Positions 1 through 10,356 of a DNA stretch of 40,602 nucleotides are shown here, piece by piece. The stretch's first letter is position 1, and each line of letters opens with the position of its first letter. The position numbers were made by a program, and so were the translations under genes. Below the pieces are notes generated by a model that was not told the DNA's origin, made no database searches, and saw only the letters and a program-made list of their open reading frames with translations. Source of the stretch: Trichoplax sp. H2 (Eukaryota); assembly GCA_003344405.1 (NCBI GenBank), contig NOWV01000231.1:62001-102602 (forward strand), written 5' to 3'.

Positions 1-78
1 TGAATCAAAAACATTCTCTTGTCGATGGATTTTGGGATAATGAATTCTAGACTGGGTGCTGTTATCGGCGTCAGACAT
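1..78 (-). CDS. Possible first coding exon of an unidentified gene continuing beyond the left edge (MSDADNSTQSRIHYPKIHRQENVFDS...)
   Basis: ATG at 78-76 (context ATCATCATGT) opens 26 stop-free codons to base 1. CCAAT boxes and X-box-like motifs lie 120-600 bp upstream. No homology recognised. Confidence 0.3.
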   Translation of the reverse strand, partial: MSDADNSTQSRIHYPKIHRQENVFDS

Positions 79-312
79 GATGATCACAGGACGAAATTTT
101 AGCTCTTTTCACAATTTCTGCTGCCAAGGCGCGTCAAATTCAACTCTTGGAAATTTTCAATGTTGATAATGTGTGAAATTGAGGTTATTGGAATGCTCTA
201 TGGCCAATAGATTGTATCCAATTCAATGATTGGCAAGTGTTGTACGACTAATGTAGGACGAAAAAATCAGTTCTGGATTGCTAGGAAGCGACAAGGACCA
301 GTTCTGGCAGCG

Positions 313-680
313 GTTGTCTAGTAACGTATTCATTACCATGGTGCTGTATAGCCTAAAGGACTACTGAATAACTCTAGTACAGTATGACGCAGTATACTAG
401 ACGTTGTATAGCAACAGCATCCATACTCCATATTGAATTTTAGATCTTTGAATATGCATTTGTTACTATACGTTTATACTTCTATATAGGATCAAAAAAG
501 AAAATAATAACCGAGGCTAAGAGAACTTTCTCTTCAAAGTCCTAATAAAAGTAATGGAAAATTTACTAGATATGATAATTATAATCGATCTAAAATATAC
601 GTATTTAGCTATTTACCTGAACGGCGCCTATAGTACGTGTATGCCAACATGTGGACTATTATTCACTGTACCATAGTAAC
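313..680. promoter_or_regulatory. Cluster of RFX X-box-like motifs (313-325 GTTGTCTAGTAAC, 403-415 GTTGTATAGCAAC, 668-680 GTACCATAGTAAC)
   Basis: Imperfect palindromes with RGYAAC half-sites, upstream of the putative ATG at 78. Confidence 0.35.
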
Positions 681-2470
681 AAATATTCCCTAGCTTTTAT
701 CAACTATTTCTATAGGAATAGAATTAGCTTAGAAAGTACAGGAAATATGAAAAAATTACTTAATTTGGTGTACGGTGAATGATAGAGGATACTGTAACAT
801 TGTATAGCTTATTAATGCTCCGTAGGGTGATAGTTTCTGATATTAATTCATGTACAGTACTCGTATAACCCGTATAATATCTTTCATTGGCCAAATTATT
901 AATGATAATATAGGAGCAAAATTAAATAATAAATTACTCTTCTTATGACATGATTACTAAATCGACAGTAAATGAAGCAGGCAATGAGATTACGCTTTGT
1001 ACTGCAGTGAAAATTAAGAACTACGTTATTCTGCAGGTGACTATAGTAATTAAATTGATAGGGAATGAAATTAAGTCGAAATTGAATTATAGAATGAATT
1101 AGATAATCCATCATAAATTGCTATCATTTTGCAAAAGAGCTGTAATGTCATCTATACTGCACATAGTATTGCAATTACTGTTAGATCTTATTTAATTAAT
1201 TTATTGTAGCACCTTAATATGAAAACTAGGGTTATAATGTTATAAATCGAACGCTGACTTTTCTCGCAAATAATCAATGAAAAATAATAAATAAAAGCTA
1301 GAATATTTCCAATCTAGACTACTGACATTAGACACAGTATCCTCTTTTTTGGTTATATTAAGGTTTCATTACAATCATTTTGACCATGGCATTAATAAGA
1401 GTATTTGTACCTACATATATGTTAGTAAATGAAGGAAAGTCTGATAAAAGAAATTCCAATAACAGATTACAAGTAAACTTTGAAGAGCTTCGTCTGTAAA
1501 GTTGCATGACAGCCAACATGTTCATCTAAATACGCCGACTAAGAATATCCTTTACGATATTACTTTACAATCCGAAGCTCAAAATAAAACTCAGATTCGC
1601 AATAAGATTCAACCAAAATGTTGATAATAGACCTCATTTTATGGAGCAGTGTACAAGGTATACGGTCAGAAATTCCTGCAGCTAATATTGTAGTAAATGA
1701 GATTAACAAACTGCCAAGTAATGCGCAGTTTATACAGTCAATGTTGCATTTTAATTTAATGCCTGGAAGGACATTAATGTTGTACAATACAGCGTTTATT
1801 TGAAAAGTCTGACTTTCAAATTAATCAATAATATGAATATAAAAAATAAGTCACATGCTGCAACGATTGCACCGTCAAATCAATTGCTAAATTTCTCTTT
1901 CTAGAATAATAAAAAATTTTTAATTTTTACGATTAAAACTAAGTAGGTATATTCTTAGTCTGATAGTAAATTATTAACTTAATACTTACAAACTGATTAC
2001 TCTAACAAAGACAAGATAAAAAATTTCAAATCAATTTGATCTCTAGAAATTAAAGAACGTATTCAGTGGCAGTATATCCATCCGTAATTGCGAACATTAT
2101 GACAGAGTACGAATATGACTTTTAAAAAATGTAAGAAATCCACTAGATACAAGCTAACTAGACATTTTTAGATCGAAATATTGAAAGTTGTAAGAATTGC
2201 AACAATATCATATAGTATATTTTACGATTTTTAAAAGACTTTGTAAAATTATCATATCATTGGTTCGATAGTGTAGAATCGAATGTAGCATTACTAAGCA
2301 TCATAAATCGTTATTAATGATCTTATTTCGTAAGCATAAATTTACAGAAAATATCATTGAGTCAATACTGCTTTTATCAATCAATCAGTAATTGATTGAT
2401 TGATTAGCAGAAAGAAATTATGCGATAGGCTTTAAATACTATCAGCAACAAGGTATGTACATACTGAATT

Positions 2471-4061
2471 TTAACAACATCTACCAGATTCTTTAGTAAC
2501 TGAAGTATTAGATGTTGCATTTAGATTAACTGTGTCCTTATCTTTAGCTTCATCTGCCACACATTTATCATCATTATTCATAATCTGTAAATACAATAAA
2601 TGTAAGTCAATACATCATAGTTATTATTAATGGATGAGCGTGAAGAATGTCCATTGGTGATAATATTGATTAATTTATAAAACTAAATACCTTCGATACT
2701 AAAAAATTTGCAGCCTCATCGATGTTGATATTCTCTTTCGCAGACGTTTCAAACCAGCCAGCAAACCCTTTCTCTTTACAATAATTATCTAAAGTTCCTC
2801 GAAAATTTGCGAGACTTTCCATATCTATATCACACTGAAAGACAGATTTTCAGGTATAGTGAGAACAAAAAGGCCCAACCGTTGTCATTGACAAAGTTAT
2901 GTGTCAAACATTAAGAATCGTAAACTATACAGTAGTTGCTCAATGTTTGAAACTTACTTTATTTGCCAACAATACTACTGGTATAGCCATATCTTCTCCG
3001 ATGGTAACTTTACTGTCCAAGTCGCTCTTCCACTTTTGCACAGCATCAAATGTTGATGCCCTCGAAATATCGAAAACTATAAAAGCTCCAACCGCTTCCC
3101 GATAGTAAACCTGAATTTAACCAAATGTACCATAAAATTATCAAATCTACGGACAGAGATAAATAGTAAAACAGCAACAAAAGCAATAAATCTAGCAGAC
3201 CTTAAATGCAGTTTGAAATACAGTTACTCATTATCACTTGAAAATACATTCAAATTTTACGAATAGTATGGCTAATTAAAATGATATTTTAGCAAAATTT
3301 ACCCTCGTCATATTTCCGAATCTCTCTTGACCTGAAATTAATAGTATCGATGGTTAACTAATAAGTTACCAATAAGTGCTATTTGACTAATTATGGCATA
3401 CAACATATATTGGCGTATAATGGTGTACAATAATTATCAGTTACTAAAAATGAGAATTATTACAGATTCTGTATCTACAAAAAATATGAGCGCGATGGTA
3501 CAACATACACAGCATACCTGCTATATCCCATAGTTGTAACCTTACTACCGAATTGGAATCTTTCCAATCAATGACTTTTAGAGCAAAATCTACACCAATC
3601 TAAAAATTTAAGAATGCTTGATATCAAAAATGTTGGCGCGGTTATATCTACCAGTCAATAGATTCATCCATACTGTCATCATAAGCTATATTGTGTATCG
3701 TACAGCTTAGCAACAATAAGGATTGATCTAATTCTGTTACGATTGCACGAAACAATTTGTATAAAATACAGCATTCCATTTACTGCCACTTACCTAATGA
3801 AACATTTATCACAACGAATATAAGATGCAGTAATAACTAATACTTGTAGTGAATTAGAAGGCGTTATTTTTTTTCAATATTTTTCATTAGCATCATACTA
3901 TCATTTAAATATTAAAAGTGTGACGTCAATCATACCGTAGCTCTATATTGAGTGGAGAAAAACTGATGAACATATCGCTTGATAATACTTGTTTTACCCA
4001 CTCCTAGATCACCAATAACTAGGATCTTGTACAGGTATTCTTTTTTTGCTGCAATATTAGC
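2471..4061 (-). CDS. RAB32: Rab32/Rab38-family small GTPase; ATG-containing first exon not located with certainty
   Basis: GT-AG exons 4061-3936, 3599-3518, 3331-3303, 3110-2958, 2834-2691, 2584-2471 splice in frame. Protein includes ANIAAKKEYLYKILVIGDLGVGKTSIIKRYVHQFFSTQYRATIGVDFALKV, WDIAGQERFGNMTRVYYREAVGAF, LLANKCD, WFETSAKENINI and ends GRCC*. WDIAGQE (instead of WDTAGQE) is the Rab32/38/7L1 signature and CC is a prenylation motif. One candidate ATG|GT is at 6052-6050. Confidence 0.93.
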
Positions 4062-4410
4062 CTAGCAGAAATATTAACTTTTTTTAGTATTATGTAAAAG
4101 ATCAACAACCGTCAGTTTGTCATTACGCGTGTAAACGCGTATAGATATTATTTTATGTACGAGTAGACGAGTATATACATACAATGTTATGCATACCCAT
4201 ATATCGCACTATCTATTACTAAATTACTAACAGTAAATAACGTAATGGGCCAAAACGATATTTATTCTATCAAGAAGACAATAAGGATGGGTACTGGATA
4301 GTGTGTTTGTGTGTGTCCTTCATATCCATGATTTTAAGATTAAATCAAGGCTATGCATAATCGTAAAATGTGAATATACAGCAAATATGATAACATGGGT
4401 TCAACGTAAA

Positions 4411-4845
4411 TGCTATAAAAAACAGTGAAATTATCTGATTTGATCTAGTACCTCGTATAGCACTCTACCGATAAAACTGTATAACATAAGTTGGTATGGC
4501 TAGAGTCTGCAGTATATTTATTATACTCACAGATAGAGACATGTTGGTAATTTTCGCGTATAGCAGTTTTTTTTCTCGCATAAATAATTTAACTACTGTA
4601 TAATACTGAGAGATGCATTTACTTTCAGTGCTATAAATCAATGAAGCTATTCGATTTTAAGGATAGGATCTTCTCTATACCACTTGACCGATAAAACTGT
4701 GTAACTTTATAAGTTCACATGACTAGAGTCTATCGCACATTGATTCTACTAACGGATACAAACCTATCGGTTATTTTCGACATTAAATGTTGAAAGTATA
4801 TCTGTTGTTCTATATTTGTACTGTATGTAGTGCAGAGCTGTATAT
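4411..4845. repeat. Diverged two-copy tandem duplication, period about 220 bp
   Basis: ACCGATAAAACTGT at 4467 and 4687. Further shared blocks TGCTATAAA, CTAGAGTCT and ATTTTCG occur at a similar offset. Confidence 0.7.
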
Positions 4846-5141
4846 CGCATATCTTATGATTTTGGGGCAAAGTGGGCAAGAAAGGTAATTACTGTAGGGT
4901 GTATTATAGTGATTGATGACGGCAGGCAATGGAAAATACGCGTGTGGAAGACTAATTCATTTTTCAGTGCAAAGCGTTGATGGAATATTTCAATTTGTAA
5001 AAGTATCAATGTTATTTGACCCCCTTTCAAGAATGCACAATAGTAATAGAAAAATAAATAAGCCAATAGATATCTGTTTAGTAATCAGTAAATATGATTG
5101 GGGTTATTATTTGCTAGAAATTTGGCGTTTACTATCTTCTG

Positions 5142-5214
5142 TAAGCCATGAGTTATATCACCTATACAACGATTGGTGATAATGGAACATTTTAGGCATA
5201 TCACTCATGGCTTA
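5142..5214. repeat. 73-bp element with 17-bp terminal inverted repeats (MITE-like or hairpin)
   Basis: TAAGCCATGAGTTATAT (5142-5158) and ATATCACTCATGGCTTA (5198-5214) are complementary at 16/17 positions. Both ends are TA. Confidence 0.55.
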
Positions 5215-6204
5215 ACAATCTAATCTATACAGTAGTATGGTCTTACTCTCGTCAGTATACGACTACTGCACTGATTGGAAGAGGGGGCGCTATTTGCAAG
5301 GAATACGAAGCTGAGATGATATGTATGATTCAAGCAGGCTAGTTGATGAACTGTTTCACGGTCAATAGACAATGAATGCATTTATGAAGGTCTTGCGAGT
5401 TTTATCAATGGAGACCATGGCATCAATAAATCTTCTACAGTACAAGAATTAACGATACATGCGATCTAGGGCAAGAAGATGCGCCATCCACTCTACCGTT
5501 TCAGTAGCATCGAATTTAGTCGATGAATACACTATGCGTTGTGGGATCTGAACTTGTAGAAAAATGCAATTGATTCCATTGGACACTTGCTAGCCTACAT
5601 ATGCCTCTCTAAATAGTGAATAGACACATCAATATATTGTGATTTAGTGTTATAAGACATGATGAAGCAATATCATCTTGGGCAATATGTAGTCAATGGA
5701 TGATGAACCAATGCTGTCATCCTCCTCCATGATTGTATTTATTGACAGTGACTACCAATATTGACCTAAGCAGCAGCTATCGTAACCTGTAGTACAGTAC
5801 AAATACATTTGTATACCAACCATAACAGAATCCAATGGAGACACAACAACTGAGTGGCTGTCTATCGATCGATTGTCTTTCTTCTTGACGTTGAACGATT
5901 GAAAAGTAAAGGAAACAAGGCAAGAAAGCAAATCCAGCTAGGTAATCCTCCTTGGCTGTGATGTTGTTCGTTGAAAGCAAATACTATGCAGAAATTGGTA
6001 GTTGTGTATTTTTTTTTTTTTCTACAGCATCTGCAGTTGCGTACGATACCATTCGGCGTTGTGACATCACTGACATGGTCCTCGACACCGTACTCCACCC
6101 TAGTGCTAGTGTCATACACTATTACACACTAGTACTAGTGTCATACACTATTGCGTCATAAAATATCCCATGGACGATTGGACATGCTGACACTCAGCAG
6201 TCCG

Positions 6205-6930
6205 ATGTCGTACAGTGTACAGTGTGTCGTACTGTACAATACATGACCACACCCACACCATACTGTACAGTACAGTACAGTACTGTACTGTAAGAAACAT
6301 AAAAGAGGTTGACTCGCTTTTTCTTCCGCCAGCGGATCATGGGTTACACGCATGATTCTCTGAGCTGGATTTTCTTTTCTAGTAGCCCTACAGACTGACA
6401 GAGTCGACCGACAGAGCTGGATTTTTCTTTTCTACAGTAGTAGCCCTATACTCAGTGAGCTCTGCTGTACAGTGTACAGTGTACAGTACTCGCATCGACT
6501 TCAGTACTGTAGACTGTACTGTACTGTACTGTACTGTACTCTAAACATGATTCTCTGAGCTGGATTTTCTTTTCTAGTAGCCCTACAGACTGACAGAGAC
6601 GACCGACAGAGCTGGATTTTTCTTTTCTAGTAGCCCTAATAGCCCTATACTGTACTGTACACAGTGAGCTCTGCTGTACAGTGTACACTGTACAGTACTC
6701 GTATCAACTTCAGTACTGTAGACTGTACAGTACAGTACTGTACTCTGAATATGATTCTCTGAGCTGGATTTTTCTTTTCTAGTAGCCTTACAGTGACTCA
6801 ATGGGCTCTGCTGTACAGTACAGTACAGTACAGTGTACAATGTACTGTACTGTACACTCAGTGAGCTCTGCCGTACAGTGTACAGTGTACAGTACTTGGA
6901 CTCTCGACTACAGTACTATGGACTGTACTC
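6205..6930. repeat. Composite tandem array: about 200-bp unit x about 3, with (TACAG/CTGTA)n microsatellite tracts
   Basis: ATGATTCTCTGAGCTGGATTTT recurs at 6352, 6548 and 6751. GAGCTGGATTTT(T)CTTTTCTA occurs five times. CAGTGAGCTCTGC(T/C)GTACAGTGTACA recurs. A pure (CTGTA)n run lies at about 6514-6540. Confidence 0.9.
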
Positions 6931-6991
6931 GAGAACACTACAGACCAGGCTCATACTGACATACTGTATGAGCATGGTCTCTAGTGTTATC
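6931..6991. repeat. Imperfect inverted repeat: 26-bp arms, 9-nt loop
   Basis: GAGAACACTACAGACCAGGCTCATAC (6931-6956) pairs with GTATGAGCATGGTCTCTAGTGTTATC (6966-6991) with 3 mismatches. Confidence 0.85.
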
Positions 6992-7090
6992 TAGTGTCTA
7001 ATCTAGTGTAATCTAGTGCAATCTTATGATAAAATCCGTAAGCTAGCCAATCAGTCACTCCATCGGTAATTCTGTCCTCAGCGAACCAAA

Positions 7091-9694
7091 ATGGCTACTC
7101 CTACTCGGGTAAATAAAACAGATAGAATTAAATACAATTTGTAACTATAGGATAGAGTAGAGAGGGTAACTTGCAAGTAAAAAGTCTTTACACTGATTCA
7201 AAAGGATGTTGCATTCTAGAATAGGACTAACACGGTTTCTAATTGTTCATAGATGGAATTTGCAGTACACATGACATGCAACACTTGCGTCGACAAGGTT
7301 AAGGATGCTCTCAATGGTGTTGAAGGTGAGCTCTTGGTGTCGATAGTAGTCATACTTGCATACGTTTTGAATTCAATCATATCCATAGCTTGTATCTTCC
7401 TACGAATTAGAGTGTTAACGATCCTTGCAACTGTCTATAAAACCACACCATTACACTGTGTTAGAAGAAAAATTGGGCACTAGACCCTCTGCCGTTGTCT
7501 GCTGTACCTGTAATCATGATACATGTTACATTTAAAAGCTTCAGAATATTACACTAGCTCGTCCGGTACTATCCCAATAAATGACATAGGCGTATATATG
7601 CATGCTTATTAAACACCGCAACATCATTTTCGTAAACTGAATAATATTTTAAAGTGACAAATGAATAAGCAGAAGTTATTATTACTCTCCATATCAAACA
7701 CTGTTTCAAAATTGAGCCATGATCTTGCTCATCACAAAATGCACAGGTCGCGTCGACAACAATTCGCTACAGCACCGCACCATGGGTATTGTAATTCAAG
7801 GCTGAATTTTAGTCAATGTATAGTCCATAGTCCAATCTTTCTTTGCTAATCTCTTACTGTACAGTACGCCCTCTTACAGGATAACTGTAATCGCTTAAAC
7901 CATATATTGTTTGTTTAGTATGTAATGCAATCATAATAATACGTAGTTGTAATGCAACCATAATAATAAGTAGTGGTCCAAACATTACCCTATACTTGTT
8001 ACAATATTTGTATACTGTATCATGGTCTATGAAATACTCCCCAAGGGAAGTATTTCGTAGTCCATGACTGTATACTACATCAGGATTATGAATTGATTTG
8101 TAGCTATGCGAATACATTTAAATTTCTTTCTACTCAAAGTAAGTCATCTATCAGTTTAATTGAATAATCGATAGTACAATGGTGAACTTTAATACTGTTT
8201 ACCGCTTTAGCTTAAATGCTTCGTCGCCGTAGTAATAACTATTTTTAAATTAACCCGTACAGTATCTAGCAAAGTCTCAGCTAATGGCAGTGCTGTATAT
8301 TTACTGCTTACACATAAACTTTCAAACAACAAGAGTTGCAACCTGTAAAGATACGTAACCACCTAGCTAACGATTGTTTGTTGATTGTTGCAGGTATAGA
8401 CAACTACATGATAAGTTTAGCTGAAGAGCAAGTCATAATTGATAGCGCTCTACCAATGGCACAACTACATAATCTACTTGTTACAACCGGATTAACAGTT
8501 ATAATGAGAGGTCAAGGAGCTGCAACCGAAGGTAATAATAGTCTACGATTAATCTCTAATTGCTACTAATGTGGTCTATGACGAAATGAATAGGTTAACC
8601 AAAGTAATTTAAAAGTAAATTTACTTATACATGTGCATCACTTGCTGTCGCTACTCGCACGATCAATCCTGACATAATGGATAGAATTACACAGCAGTCG
8701 GATGGACTGTCATTTAGTACTTGGTTCGTATATGACATCATATCGCCTGTTGCATATTAATATTATAGGTGCCTCACATCTAGGAGCTGCTGTTTCAATA
8801 TTATCTGGCACAAGTGTTAAGGGATTAGTACGATTTACACAGGTATCTACGGTAGCTACAATTGCAGCTAGTAAGAATACCTAGCAACTATTTAAGATAG
8901 TAATTGTACAGTATTATCATAGATCTATATTCCTTCCTTTGCTATTTCTAGTTATCAGCTGATAAATGCATGATAGAGGGTACCGTAGACAATCTAAGAC
9001 CTGGTAATTATGATATCAAAATTCATGAATACGGTGATTTATCGGATGGTTGCAATAAGTAAGTAAACGTACAAATGTGTAATAGACACTATGATTTAGA
9101 CTAACAATGTCCTACAAAATACCTATCATTAAGTTCATTTATTCATATGGTTATAGTTGTGGAGATATTTTTAATCCATATGAATATCCTCATGGCAACA
9201 ACAATACTTCTGCTAGAGTAAGCTACAGTTATAGCTTTAAAATTAGCCAATTATGAGAAAATCAACTTCTAGCTTTCCGAACAATATTAAGTAGATGCTG
9301 AATTTTGCTCTAACCTATCTTTACTATATCAGAAATTGGGTGATATTGGTAGCATGACTGCAAATAAGAACGGTCGCGCAATGTTCAGAATTGAAGATGA
9401 CACAGTCAAAGTCTGGGACGTCATTGGTCGTTCGGTTATTATTCATGATAAACAAGTAGAATCCAGTGGTAAATCTTTGGCTTCTAGGTACATTAGGTTA
9501 TGTGTTGGATTTGCACGTAAGGCCTGTGTATGATTTTTTGACTTTAATTTTTGCATTGTCGCAGAATCACATGTGGAATTATTGCAAGATCTGCTGGATT
9601 ATTTGAAAATTCCAAGAAGTTTTGTGCTTGTGATGGGAAAACATTATGGGAAGATAAGCCATTAACTAACAAAAGCCCACAAGCATCTTTATAA
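7091..9694 (+). CDS. CCS: Copper chaperone for superoxide dismutase
   Basis: Exons 7091-7108, 7253-7325, 8394-8531, 8769-8842, 8952-9058, 9157-9217, 9333-9487, 9565-9694. Domain I is HMA-like with MTCNTC (MxCxxC). Domain II is SOD1-like ([25 protein letters not shown]). Domain III is [27 protein letters not shown] (CxC). Confidence 0.95.
7921..7977. repeat. 27-bp tandem duplication in CCS intron 2
   Basis: TGTAATGCAA(T/C)CATAATAATA(C/A)GTAGT occurs twice, at 7921 and 7948. Confidence 0.8.
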
Positions 9695-10356
9695 TTTGAT
9701 ACACTGCTCAGCTAAAATATCATCATATTACCCATCACTAACAAATGATCAATTTTTTTAGCTACTTAAAATTGAGAATAGATTACTAAATGTTGTAAGC
9801 CGAGTCATTCTATCTATCAAATAATACTTATTACGAGATAAATCAGATGCTTTACTACTTGAAAATTAAAATGATTTCTGATCAAAGTTAACACTATAGC
9901 ATAATTTATGGTATTTAAATGAAGTTTATGATAAATGTAACTGATGCATTATTGATTACAAATCGAATCATAATAATCAAGACTGTTAGGATTAGGTCTT
10001 TCCAAAATGCCTGTATGAATTAATCACCCCAGCCTTTTGATCTGACAATATAAGTCGTTGCATAAATGTTCGTAATTTTATTTAAATAGTTTATTTAAAA
10101 AGATTTTCAATGTAATAAGATTAACGACATAAATCTCTGTTTGTCATTTTTTAATTGTATAACGAATTCTTGTTTAACATACCGGATTGGGTTTACGAAA
10201 TAGAACGCAAAATAACTGAGCCCGAATCACTTAAAAAAAATGTTTCGTAAAGCAAGCACTAGTTACTGGGATATAATAAATTACGTTACGCTTAGCTAGC
10301 GACATTGCAGTAATGCTAATCGTAAAGTGAACTATCCAGATTGACATTTTTTAAGT

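Noticed and set aside
899..1803. Short ORFs 899-1114, 1560-1787 and 1618-1803
   Set aside because: No recognisable motifs or splice-compatible partners. The lengths are expected by chance.
2899..3105. Plus-strand 68-aa ORF
   Set aside because: Antisense to a Rab32 exon.
6205..6930. CRISPR-like array, or coding ORFs 6156-6353, 6452-6688 and 6583-6840
   Set aside because: The intervening sequences are themselves repeated (no unique spacers), there are no cas genes, and the context is eukaryotic. The ORFs are translations of the TACAG/CTGTA repeat.
7091..9694. Calling this gene Cu/Zn SOD1
   Set aside because: It has the HMA domain and C-terminal CxC of CCS and lacks several catalytic His ligands.
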